The translations under genes were made by a program, and so were the position numbers. From the NCBI GenBank assembly GCA_024278335.1, contig JAJRTJ010000001.1:94020-158019 (forward strand): a stretch of 64,000 bases of DNA. Direction: 5' to 3'. Below are positions 10,002-19,230 of this stretch, piece by piece. The notes beneath the pieces are model-generated. The model was not told the DNA's origin. It searched no databases and saw nothing but the letters and a program-made list of their open reading frames with translations. This DNA comes from an archaeon (GTDB lineage Archaea > Nanobdellota > Nanobdellia > Pacearchaeales > GW2011-AR1). Position 1 is the stretch's first letter. The number at the start of each line of letters is the position of its first letter.

Positions 10002-11807
10002 CTAAAAAACAACCTCAAAATCTCCCAACTCTCTTTTTATTATTTCAAATACTTGTGGGTTTAATTCAATCCCTTTATTTTCTTTTTTATTTTGAATTGC
10101 CTTTGTAGCTTCCTGAATATTTGAGTCATAAATATTATCTGTTATTTTCTTAATCTCTTTGCCCAAAAAAACATAGCTTTCTCCAGGGCAAATAATCAAT
10201 TCTCCAACTTTGCCGTCAGAAAATTTCAAAACAAGCCTTGTTTTATCAACCATTGCAAGCTCGCATCTCTGAGAATAATCAACAAGAGCATTAATTAAAA
10301 TAACTGCTTTTCTTCTTGCTTCTTCAATCTTGTGCTTGTTTTGTTTTCCTTTCTTATACTCGGCCTTTGCTCCAACAATTTCTTTTAATGCATTTAAATG
10401 AGATTGAGTAAATTTGCCTTTTTTAACAAGCTCTGATTCAAATTCTGCAATAAGTGCTGTTTGGGATTTTTTCCCAAGAATTGCCTCTAAGAGACCCATT
10501 ACTTCCTCATACACCTGCTGGATTGTCTTTCCCTGAGACTGTTTTTCAATTTGTTTTCTTAACTCCCCAAGTCTCTTCAAATAATCTTCTGTTCCTTTAA
10601 TTAGTTTGTCAACTTCTGCTCCCTTTATATCCTTAATTTTCTCATGCTCATAATCTTTGTAAATTCTAATTACTTTTTCTAAAAAATCAATGTGCTTTTT
10701 TTCAATCATTTTTTCTTTTGTATAAAATATTTTTTTAAACTCTTCAACAGTATGTTTTGGAGCAGGAGGAGGTTCTCCATAAAGCATTAGTAAAGCTTGG
10801 GAGGGAGTCAGCACACTCCAATAAATATCATGAACAACAATATCAAGAAGAGTAAATTTAGCTCTTTTAATTGCCTTGTCTCCTCCAGACATAAACATAT
10901 CAATTGCTTCAGGGCTTGGCTTTAGCTTACCCATTCTTAAAAGAGACTTCCAGGGCATAAATGTTCCTCTGTCATGGATTGGAACTCCATCTCTAATAAA
11001 AGTAAAAAAAACAGGGTTGGCATCTTTAACTCCATCCCAAAATTCTGTAAGCAAATAAGGTTGAATATTCAAAAGATTTTTTTTAACTCCTGCAAGCGCA
11101 GTAGCTTCTGAAGCAAACTTATTAACAATAAAGCTTCGCAGTCTTTCTTTAAGCTCCATTCTCGGCATTCTTTTAACATCTGTATCATCAATAACAATAA
11201 AAACATCAATATCAGATTCTTTTTTCACATCTCCCCTAACAAGACTTCCTGCAACAACATAACTCACAATATATTTTTCAAATTTTTGCAAAACCAATGA
11301 TTTATGAATTTCAGCAACACGAATCATTTCCAAAAATCCAGTGTCATAAATTGGATATGAAAGTGCAATTGCAGAATGAAGGTCAAATTTAGAATCCAGA
11401 CAATTCTCCCAAACATCAACAGGAGTTTTAATTTGCAACCAAACTTTTTGTTCATGCCCTTTAGGGTATTTTAGTTTTTCAAGCTGGGGAATTATCTCTT
11501 TTTTAATTTTTGGAATATTCTTAAATTGCTCCTCTGGAATTATCATATACAAATGAATAAATTTTTCTGTTTCTTTTGGAACTTCCTCTTCATCAACAAA
11601 AATCGGGATAGACTGCTGAGGCAAGATGCTTATTGACTGAGTGAACTTGTATTTTTTTACAACCCACTCTTTAAATTTTTCTAATTCTTTTTTTAATTTA
11701 TCTAATTCTTTCTGAACATCAGAAGTATTTTGAGGTATTGGAGATTTTTTAGAAGAATACTTATTCAAATTCATTTCAGGAATTGAATTAGCCCCGTCTT
11801 CAAACAT
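10002..11807 (-). CDS. Large nucleotidyltransferase-domain protein (degenerate plus intact MNT fold, HEPN-like helical domain)
   Basis: VAGSLVRG...SDIDVFIVIDD motif. Paralogous to 2069-2920. ATG at 11807 is chosen because the track start lies inside tRNA-Arg. Confidence 0.8.
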   Translation of the reverse strand: MFEDGANSIPEMNLNKYSSKKSPIPQNTSDVQKELDKLKKELEKFKEWVVKKYKFTQSISILPQQSIPIFVDEEEVPKETEKFIHLYMIIPEEQFKNIPKIKKEIIPQLEKLKYPKGHEQKVWLQIKTPVDVWENCLDSKFDLHSAIALSYPIYDTGFLEMIRVAEIHKSLVLQKFEKYIVSYVVAGSLVRGDVKKESDIDVFIVIDDTDVKRMPRMELKERLRSFIVNKFASEATALAGVKKNLLNIQPYLLTEFWDGVKDANPVFFTFIRDGVPIHDRGTFMPWKSLLRMGKLKPSPEAIDMFMSGGDKAIKRAKFTLLDIVVHDIYWSVLTPSQALLMLYGEPPPAPKHTVEEFKKIFYTKEKMIEKKHIDFLEKVIRIYKDYEHEKIKDIKGAEVDKLIKGTEDYLKRLGELRKQIEKQSQGKTIQQVYEEVMGLLEAILGKKSQTALIAEFESELVKKGKFTQSHLNALKEIVGAKAEYKKGKQNKHKIEEARRKAVILINALVDYSQRCELAMVDKTRLVLKFSDGKVGELIICPGESYVFLGKEIKKITDNIYDSNIQEATKAIQNKKENKGIELNPQVFEIIKRELGDFEVVF

Positions 11808-11861
11808 GCTTAAAAAATGAAAATCCTGTTTATAAATGTTTTTAAATGCACTAGGAAAAAA

Positions 11862-11933
11862 CACCCGGACCAGGATTTGAACCTGGGCCTTCTCGACCGC
11901 AACGAGAAATTCTATCCACTAAACTATCCGGGT
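11862..11933 (-). tRNA. tRNA-Arg(GCG)
   Basis: Cloverleaf ACCCGGA/TCCGGGT, anticodon arm TCTCG-TTGCGGT-CGAGA, T-loop TTCAAAT. No encoded CCA. Confidence 0.93.
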
Positions 11934-11966
11934 AGATTTGTTTTAAATAAACAAAGTTGGCTAAAA

Positions 11967-12046
11967 CGCCTGCACCAGGAATCGAACCTGGGAGCCCAGA
12001 GGGTCATGCTCTCCAAGCATGTGCAATACCATTATGCGATGCAGGC
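11967..12046 (-). tRNA. tRNA-Ser(GGA)
   Basis: GCCTGCA/TGCAGGC acceptor, CATGC-TTGGAGA-GCATG anticodon arm, long variable arm, TTCGATT. Confidence 0.93.
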
Positions 12047-12109
12047 AGATGTAAAAGAAATTATTTTAAAGTTTTTAAATATTAAAAAAAGGATTTTAAA
12101 ATAGAGAAA

Positions 12110-12418
12110 TCAATCTTTCATTTCAATTTTAATATTAACATTCTTTGGAATCCTCATCTTCATGATGTGATGAAGGACTTTTTCATTTGAAGGCAAGTCA
12201 ATGAGTCTTTTATGAATTCTCATTTCATATCTGTCAAAAGTCGCGGTTCCGTCGCCGCAAGGAGATTTCCTTGTTGTAACTTTAAGTTTTTTTGTCGGAA
12301 GCGGCACTGGCCCGCTGATTGGAATTCCTGATTTTTTTGCAATATCTTTGACAGAATCGCAGATTTTATTTAACATGTCAATATCAATGCTGTCAAGTTT
12401 TATTCTTACTTTTGCCAT
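12110..12418 (-). CDS. rpsJ: 30S ribosomal protein uS10
   Basis: SGPVPLPTKKLKVTTRKSPCGDG...YEMRIHKRLIDL motif. Confidence 0.97.
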   Translation of the reverse strand: MAKVRIKLDSIDIDMLNKICDSVKDIAKKSGIPISGPVPLPTKKLKVTTRKSPCGDGTATFDRYEMRIHKRLIDLPSNEKVLHHIMKMRIPKNVNIKIEMKD

Positions 12419-12532
12419 GTTATTTTAATTGAGAAATTGGTTTAAAAGCCTTTTGTCTGGCCATTAAAATCAGCTTGCTAAACCTAAAAAGCTTTTTATA
12501 TGCTCATTGTTTTTATTTAAAGAGGTGATTAA

Positions 12533-14245
12533 ATGGAACAAGTGTTTATCAATTTAGCAATTATTCTTCTTACTGCATTTATTGTAGCATATATTGCCAG
12601 ATTATTGAAACAGCCAATTATTATTGGGTATATTATTGCAGGAATATTGGTTGGTCCTTTTATTTGGGACTTTCATGCTTCAAGTGATTTAATAACAATT
12701 TTTTCTGAATTTGGAATTGCCTTCCTTTTGTTTATGGTAGGATTGCATTTAAATCCAAAAGTCATTAAAGAAATTGGCGGGTCTTCACTCTTAATTGGCT
12801 TGGGACAGATAATTTCAATTTTTATTTTAGGATTTTTTGTATCTTGGAAAATACTCTCTTATAACATGGTCTCTTCTATTTATGTAGGTCTTGTGCTTTC
12901 ATTTAGTAGCACAATTATTGTGATGAAATTGCTTTCTGACAAACAGCATTTTGATACTTTGTATGGAAAAATTGCAATTGGAGTTCTAATTGTTCAAGAC
13001 CTTGTTGCAGTCGGTGCTCTGATGGTTATCTCTTCCCTATCCAAGGGAGAACTGACTTTTGGAGATCTTGCACTTAAAAGCTTAATGTCGGGGATAGGTC
13101 TTTTAATAGTTTTATTTATACTTGGATTTTACTTTCTTCCAAAATTTACAAGAAATTTAGCTAAGTCCCAAGAATTATTGTTTTTATTTTCTGTTTGCTG
13201 GTGTTTTGTCATAGCAGCTGCTTTTATCCTTGCAGGATTTTCTTTGGAAATCGGAGCACTTGTTGCAGGGGTGGCTCTTTCAATCTCTCCTTATAGTGCA
13301 GAAATTAGCGCAAAAATAAAACCTCTTAGAGATTTTTTCCTAATTATCTTTTTTATTATTTTAGGACTAAATATTAATTTAACTAATTTTACAAATGCTA
13401 TCTGGGATGCAGTCATCTTATCGGCATTGGTTCTGATTTTTAAACCTCTGATTTTAATGTCCTTTATGGCACTTGTAGGATATACAAAAAGGACTAATTT
13501 CTTGCTTGGAACAACACTTGCCCAAATCTCTGAATTTTCTTTGATTGTTCTTACTCTTGGAGTTGTTATGGAGCATGTTGGAAAAGAGTTAGTGAGTGTA
13601 ATTACCTTGACAGCTTTAACCACAATAACAATTTCAACCTATGGCATTATTTATTCTGAAAAATTTTATAATTTAGTTAAAAATAAAATCACAATTTTTG
13701 AGAGAAAAAATATTAAAAAAATCAGCATCAAAAAGAAAAAATACAATGCAATCCTATTTGGCTACAATAGAATCGGGTTCAACATTTTAAGGTCACTTAA
13801 AGAATTAAAGAAAAAATATTTAGTTATAGATTATAATCCAGAAACAATCTCTTCTTTAGAAAAGTTTAGAGTCCCTTCTCTTTATGGAGATAGTTCTGAT
13901 TCAGATTTTTTAGAAGATTTGCCTCTTAATTCAATTGAGCTTGCTATTTCAACAATCCCTGATTTTGAAACAAACCAGCTCTTGATTGAAAAGATTAGAG
14001 AAGTAAATAAAAAAGCAATTATTGTTGCAAGAGCTCATCAAATTAGCGACGCTTTGGACTTATACAAAAAAGGAGCAACCTATGTTCTCACTCCTCATTT
14101 TTTAGGAGGGGAATATGTAGCAAAAATGGTTAGAGAATTAAAAACAAATAGAGGTAAATATAATGAAGAAAGGAAAAAGCATATGCAAACACTTTTAGAG
14201 AGAGGAAATAAAGGACAGGAGCACCCAGATATTGAGAGGGATTAA
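12533..14245 (+). CDS. CPA2 cation:proton antiporter (KefB/KefC-like) with C-terminal RCK/TrkA-N domain
   Basis: About 12 TM helices, FLLFMVGL, SSTIIVMKLL, QDL, then GYNRIG...VIDYNP...YGD. Strong SD (GAGGTG). Confidence 0.9.
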   Translation: MEQVFINLAIILLTAFIVAYIARLLKQPIIIGYIIAGILVGPFIWDFHASSDLITIFSEFGIAFLLFMVGLHLNPKVIKEIGGSSLLIGLGQIISIFILGFFVSWKILSYNMVSSIYVGLVLSFSSTIIVMKLLSDKQHFDTLYGKIAIGVLIVQDLVAVGALMVISSLSKGELTFGDLALKSLMSGIGLLIVLFILGFYFLPKFTRNLAKSQELLFLFSVCWCFVIAAAFILAGFSLEIGALVAGVALSISPYSAEISAKIKPLRDFFLIIFFIILGLNINLTNFTNAIWDAVILSALVLIFKPLILMSFMALVGYTKRTNFLLGTTLAQISEFSLIVLTLGVVMEHVGKELVSVITLTALTTITISTYGIIYSEKFYNLVKNKITIFERKNIKKISIKKKKYNAILFGYNRIGFNILRSLKELKKKYLVIDYNPETISSLEKFRVPSLYGDSSDSDFLEDLPLNSIELAISTIPDFETNQLLIEKIREVNKKAIIVARAHQISDALDLYKKGATYVLTPHFLGGEYVAKMVRELKTNRGKYNEERKKHMQTLLERGNKGQEHPDIERD

Positions 14246-14288
14246 AATGTGGGCATGAGAACACCCCCCCCCCAGAAATCAAAAGAAA

Positions 14289-14993
14289 TTAAACTTTTTC
14301 CTCTATGTTTTTTTCATTAATTTCTTGCTTTTCTTTTGTTTGGGTTTCATCAATATCTTCCCATCCAATTAAAGAAAATAAAAAATCAAAAAACCTCAGG
14401 ATAATTTCTAAACCAACAATAAACCCAAGATAGATTAATATTTTATCTATTAAAAGAGGAATTTCTCTAAAATTATTAATGATTCTTTCAAAATCAAAAA
14501 ATCCAGGGTTTAACATTGAAGCTGCTAATAGCATAAAAGGAAGCATTTTTGCCAAATCTTTTGCCAAATCTTCTCCTTTTCCAGGAATATATGAAGCAAG
14601 CCTTATAACTGAAACAATTGTAGCCGCAATAAGAAGAAGCGTTGCTATATTTGCTCCCTCACTTAACAATATTAGAAAAATAACAAATAACGAAAATCCC
14701 AAGAAAATCACTATTGGAGAAATAATAATATATTCAAGAAGATAAAACCCTCCTGTAATAAGCTTTGATAAAAAAGGATGTTCTGAGCGATTGTATTGAT
14801 TTAAATTTAATTCAATTAAATTCTTTTGCGCAATATATTTGTAAGCTTTCCATATAAAAACAGCATAAGCAAAAACCACTAAAACTAATAAAAAAAGATT
14901 AACTATTAATTGCATCCGTAATGGAAGAGATTCAAGGAATAAGTTGTATGCATCAATTGTCTGAGAAATAAATTCTGTAGCCACCTCTACCAT
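14289..14993 (-). CDS. Uncharacterised polytopic membrane protein
   Basis: 234 aa with several hydrophobic helices. Confidence 0.65.
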   Translation of the reverse strand: MVEVATEFISQTIDAYNLFLESLPLRMQLIVNLFLLVLVVFAYAVFIWKAYKYIAQKNLIELNLNQYNRSEHPFLSKLITGGFYLLEYIIISPIVIFLGFSLFVIFLILLSEGANIATLLLIAATIVSVIRLASYIPGKGEDLAKDLAKMLPFMLLAASMLNPGFFDFERIINNFREIPLLIDKILIYLGFIVGLEIILRFFDFLFSLIGWEDIDETQTKEKQEINEKNIEEKV

Positions 14994-15064
14994 TTTATTA
15001 TAGTATAATAAGGGATTTATAAAAGTTTCATTAGATTTAAATATGCTATTTTATTTTCTAAAAT

Positions 15065-16345
15065 ATGATTGACATTAATTTAATTAGAGAAAATCCAGAA
15101 TTAGTGAAAGAAAATATTAAAAAAAAGTTTCAAGATGAAAAACTCCCCCTTGTTGATGAAGTAAAGAAATTAGATGAAGAGTGGAGAAAACTAAAATATG
15201 ATGAAGATAAATTAAGAGCAGACAGGAACAAGATTTCTAAGAAAATTTCTGAATTAAAAAAAGCTAGAAAAAAAGCAGATAAAGAAATGAAAGAAGCAAA
15301 AAGCATTCCAAACAAAATTGCAAAATCTGAGGAAAAGAGAAAAAAACTTGAAGAAAAAATCCATGAGTTAATGCTGCAAATTCCAAATATTATTCATAAA
15401 AGCGTTCCTATTGGAAAAAATGATTCTGAAAATGTTGAGATTAAAAAAATAGGAAAGCCAAAAAAATTTAGCTTTAAAGTAAAAAGCCATGTTGAACTGG
15501 GGGAAGAGTTGGGAGTTTTGGATTTTGATACCCCTGCAAAAACATCTGGAAAAGGATTTTATTATATGAAAGGAGATTTAGCTCGCTTAAATATGGCTTT
15601 GATTAATTTTGCAAGAGATTTTATGGTTAAGCAGGGATTTGAATATATTGAACCTCCGTTGATGATTCGCAAGGAAATCTTAACTGGAGTTTATTCTAAT
15701 GCAGAAATTGATGCAATGTCATATAAAATTGAAGGCGAAGATTTGTATTTAATTGCAACTTCAGAACACCCATTGATTGGGCAGTTTATTGAAAAGACTC
15801 TTGGAGCCAAAGAGCTCCCAATTAAGCAGACAGGTTATAGTATGTGTTTTAGAAAGGAGATTGGGTCTCATGGAATTGATGAGAAAGGAATTTATAGAAC
15901 TCACCAGTTTAATAAGCAGGAGATGATTGTAATTTGCGAGCCTGAGGAAAGTTATGAATGGTATGATAAAATGTTGAATTATTCTATTGAGCTGTTTAAA
16001 GCATTAGAGATTCCAATTCGGGTTTTAGAGTGTTGTTCTGGAGATTTAGCTGACTTAAAGGCAAAGAGTTGTGATTTAGAGGCTTGGAGTCCTCGACAAG
16101 AAAAATATTTTGAAGTTACATCTTTAACAAATATGGAAGAGGCCCAGGCCAGAAGGCTTGGCATTAGAATTGAAAAAGCGGGGAAAAGATATTTTGCACA
16201 CACCTTAAATAATACTGCGATTGCAACTTCTCGTGCTTTAGTTGCAATAATGGAAAACCACCAAAACAAAGACGGTTCAATTAATATTCCAAAAGCTCTT
16301 CAGCCTTATATGAACGGTTTAAAAAAGATTGAAAAGAAAAAATAA
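15065..16345 (+). CDS. serS: Seryl-tRNA synthetase
   Basis: MIDINLIR, IPN, LIATSEHP, FRKEIGSHG...GIYRTHQFNKQE, HTLNNTAIATSR. Confidence 0.97.
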   Translation: MIDINLIRENPELVKENIKKKFQDEKLPLVDEVKKLDEEWRKLKYDEDKLRADRNKISKKISELKKARKKADKEMKEAKSIPNKIAKSEEKRKKLEEKIHELMLQIPNIIHKSVPIGKNDSENVEIKKIGKPKKFSFKVKSHVELGEELGVLDFDTPAKTSGKGFYYMKGDLARLNMALINFARDFMVKQGFEYIEPPLMIRKEILTGVYSNAEIDAMSYKIEGEDLYLIATSEHPLIGQFIEKTLGAKELPIKQTGYSMCFRKEIGSHGIDEKGIYRTHQFNKQEMIVICEPEESYEWYDKMLNYSIELFKALEIPIRVLECCSGDLADLKAKSCDLEAWSPRQEKYFEVTSLTNMEEAQARRLGIRIEKAGKRYFAHTLNNTAIATSRALVAIMENHQNKDGSINIPKALQPYMNGLKKIEKKK

Positions 16346-16378
16346 AATTATTGTTTCAATTTTAGAGGAGAAAAAATA

Positions 16379-16543
16379 ATGACAAAAAACAAAATTTTGT
16401 GGCAGGGATTCACTGCAGGAGCAGTTGCAGGTTTAATTGGGGCAATCCTTGTGGTTGAATTTGCTTGGAGTTTGCTTGGGGTTGGAATTATTGGAGCAAT
16501 TGCAGGTTTGATTGTTGCAGGAATTTTTAGAGCCTTTAGATAA
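16379..16543 (+). CDS. Small glycine-zipper membrane protein (54 aa)
   Basis: MTKNKILWQGFTAGAVAGLIGAILV...GIIGAIAGLIVAGIFRAFR*. SD-like GAGGAG upstream. Confidence 0.65.
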   Translation: MTKNKILWQGFTAGAVAGLIGAILVVEFAWSLLGVGIIGAIAGLIVAGIFRAFR

Positions 16544-16552
16544 ATTTTGAAA

Positions 16553-16870
16553 ATGATTGCAGAGTTAAATAAAGAAAATTTTGAAAAAAAAGTCGGAGGC
16601 TTAGATATCCCAGTAATTATTGATTTTTATGCAGATTGGTGCGGACCATGTCAGGCAATGAAGCCAGTTTTTGAGCAGGTTGCTTTAGAATTTGAAGGTA
16701 AAGTTAAGTTTGCCAAAGTAAATGTTGAGGAAAATCAAGAGATTTCTTCTAGTTTTAGAGTTAGTGGAATCCCTTGTTTGATTATTTTTAAAGATTCAAA
16801 AGAAGTAGCAAGAATGGTCGGTTTTACTCCAGCAGATGTTTTGAGAGAAAAGCTTGAAGGGATTTTGTGA
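16553..16870 (+). CDS. trxA: Thioredoxin
   Basis: IDFYADWCGPC and VSGIP motifs. Confidence 0.95.
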   Translation: MIAELNKENFEKKVGGLDIPVIIDFYADWCGPCQAMKPVFEQVALEFEGKVKFAKVNVEENQEISSSFRVSGIPCLIIFKDSKEVARMVGFTPADVLREKLEGIL

Positions 16871-16880
16871 GTGGGATCTA

Positions 16881-17150
16881 TTATTCTTTAAACCATTCTA
16901 ATTTCTTGAATCGGGGAAGTTTCTTGATTTGATATTCATATTTGCAGGCATCTGATTTATCTTTGCAAGGTTTTGCAAAAAGAAGTTTTTTGAATCCTTT
17001 TTTGTAAACATACTTGCTTCCTTTTCCTTCAGCATGTGCTTTCATTCTTTTATCTTGGTCTTTAGTTACGCCAGTATAATAAGAACCATCTCCACATTCA
17101 AGAATATAGACAAACCATAAATCTTTCTTGGAATCTTTAAAGAATTTCAT
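16881..17150 (-). CDS. GIY-YIG nuclease family protein (YhbQ/YazA-like)
   Basis: VYILECGDGSYYTGVT...RMKAH...G.KY...E.QIKK motifs. Confidence 0.9.
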   Translation of the reverse strand: MKFFKDSKKDLWFVYILECGDGSYYTGVTKDQDKRMKAHAEGKGSKYVYKKGFKKLLFAKPCKDKSDACKYEYQIKKLPRFKKLEWFKE

Positions 17151-17304
17151 AGGGAAGTGAGTGGAGAGGGGCTTAAAAAGACACTTATCAATTGTTTAAA
17201 ATTAATAAAGGGTTCAGTGCAGAAATAAAAAAACTATTCTTCCGATGACTTTGAATTTAGCCCCACATCCCAACGAGAATAAATAGAATGTAAAGCTCCA
17301 TAAA

Positions 17305-17376
17305 CGCCCACGCCGGGAGTTGAACCCGGGTTACGTCCGCGACAGGGACGTGTCATAGCCGTTAGACCACGTAGGC
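17305..17376 (-). tRNA. tRNA-Asp(GTC)
   Basis: GCCTACG/CGTGGGC acceptor, CGTCC-CTGTCGC-GGACG anticodon arm, CCGGG-TTCAACT-CCCGG T arm. Confidence 0.93.
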
Positions 17377-17428
17377 ACATTGCTTCGTGTTAATGCTCAG
17401 TAGAAACTTCGCATAGGCCACGTAGGCA
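17367..17428. repeat. 11-bp direct repeat of the tRNA-Asp 5' end (CCACGTAGGCA at 17367-17377 and 17418-17428)
   Basis: Exact match seen, offset 51 bp. Confidence 0.7.
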
Positions 17429-17567
17429 AATAACTGTGTTGATTTAGATGCCATTCCCAGTAGGCATAAATCAATAATTATCATTGCAGAATTTTGTTTA
17501 AAAGCTTTTCTTTTGAAAAAATTTGATTTATAATTAATTTTATAAATTTCCTTTTCTTTTTTATTCC

Positions 17568-17771
17568 ATGATAGAAGCACTAATATGGTATTTATTTTTG
17601 ATTGATTCTACTGGAGCAAATATTGTAGTCTGGTTTTTTCCAAAGTGGTATAAGAAAAAAGCAGGATGGTTTTACAAACATTTTCCTGCATCAAAAGGAT
17701 GGGCTCTGCTCTATCTGATATTGATTCTTTGGGTTGGAAGTGCCTTGAATAGACTTGGAATTATTTTTTAA
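17568..17771 (+). CDS. Small membrane protein
   Basis: 67 aa, two hydrophobic segments. Confidence 0.55.
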   Translation: MIEALIWYLFLIDSTGANIVVWFFPKWYKKKAGWFYKHFPASKGWALLYLILILWVGSALNRLGIIF

Positions 17772-18009
17772 AAACTTTATACCCTTTTCTAACTTTTTCT
17801 TTTACAACAACCCCAATCTCATCGCCTTTTTTTGCTTTTTGCACTTTCTCTCTATTTATCTGCATGCTTTCAACTTTTTCTTCAAAGTCAGTTTCTCCGC
17901 CACTAATGCGAATAGTGTCACCAACTTTTAACCCAGCAGAAAGCTTTATTGCAGCTGCCTTAACATGTTCAAAGTAGTTTGTGACTACTCCGATTTGTTT
18001 TTCTGCCAT
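17761..18009 (-). CDS. Stand-alone beta-barrel protein (EF-Tu domain II / peptidase U32 C-terminal-like)
   Basis: IGVVTNYF...LKVGDTI.I.G..TDF...VESMQI......AKKGDEIG pattern. Confidence 0.75.
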   Translation of the reverse strand: MAEKQIGVVTNYFEHVKAAAIKLSAGLKVGDTIRISGGETDFEEKVESMQINREKVQKAKKGDEIGVVVKEKVRKGYKVFKK

Positions 18010-18081
18010 ATTTTATTAAAGAAATTATAATATATAAAACTATTCAATAATATTTAAAAAGAATCTTTTTAAAGTATAATA

Positions 18082-18339
18082 ATGCCAATATATGACAGAG
18101 ATTGTTCTTAGAAAAACTGCAATTATGCTGGAGAATATTTGCTTGGGATAAATGAAGCAAACCTAAATTACCCAAAGTGTGGCTCACAACTTGAAATCAT
18201 ACAAGCAAAGGAAAGCTCTCCTTCTTCAAAGATTATTGAAGTAGCAATATCAATAACTATGCAGACAGGCTTCTCAAACAAAGATGAAATTCAAAAAAGA
18301 AATCAAAGAGCAATGCAAGGGCCCCCGACATTTAATTAA
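18082..18339 (+). pseudogene. FmdB-like zinc-ribbon protein interrupted by an in-frame TAG (18109-18111)
   Basis: MPIYDRDCS*KNCNY...LNYPKCGS resembles the MPxY..xC..C...CPxCGS family. One expected Cys is Tyr. Confidence 0.55.
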
Positions 18340-19159
18340 TTATTTCTTAATTCCAAAAAATCTCTTAAAAAATCCAACTACTCCTCCGACTGCTTTTGTA
18401 ACAATATTTTCTTTTGATTCTTCTTCTGGATTTACATATCCCTCTTCCCCAATTCCTGGGCCAGTTCCAGGATCATCCCCGAATTCTTCTGAAGCATCTT
18501 TACACACAACATCAACTATACAATCCCATCCTTCTCCAGAAGGACCTTCTACAGGTTCTCCATAACAATGCTCGCAAGTTTCACATTCTTTTTCTTTTTT
18601 AGTTAATTGCTCGTCATTTAAACAAGGACCTTCATAAAGATAAACACATTTTAACGCACACCTCTGGCAGAGGGCATTTCCAGTTTCACCTTCTTTACTA
18701 CTTCCACAAATTGTTCCAGGACTTTCACTTTCAACACATTTTGTTATACAAAGTTCCTCTGCACTCATCTTAGATTTATCTGGAGCATCGCCTCGCATAT
18801 TGCATTTTGCCTCACATCTTTCTGTATTTCTTCCCTGACATCCAAAGTCATAGTCCCCACATCCCTGCATTACACATTCTTGCATACAAGCCTCTCCTTT
18901 ATCTGAGGTTTTTGGAGGCCCGCTCACCTCAACTCCGCATCTCTGGCCGCACTTGTCTTTATTTAATTCTCTGCATTCTGAAGCAGTCAAATCACATCCT
19001 TCATTAATACAGCTTTGCATGCATTCTTGCTGCTCCATAGTTGGTCCTTCAATCCCTCTTTTACAAAATTTCCTGACAGCTGGCTAATCCTCAATTGACT
19101 GAGAACAGCAAGAAAAAAAGTCCAAGAAATATCAAGAAAAATAACTGCCTCTTTTTCAT
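18340..19159 (-). pseudogene. Cysteine-rich exported protein whose signal-peptide region is frameshifted and contains an in-frame TAG; the 18340-19038 portion is open
   Basis: MKKRQLFFLIFLGL starts at 19159. Removing one base of the A7 run (19113-19119) joins it to the Cys-rich frame, leaving a TAG at 19084-19086. Confidence 0.55.
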
Positions 19160-19230
19160 AATTTATTGAATATAATGAAGTTTAAAAAAGTTTTCAATAT
19201 GTTTTTATACCTTATTAATTTATTTTAATC

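Noticed and set aside
11817-12104. 95-aa track ORF on +, and the extended start of the NTase ORF at 11864
   Set aside because: These overlap two well-formed tRNA genes.
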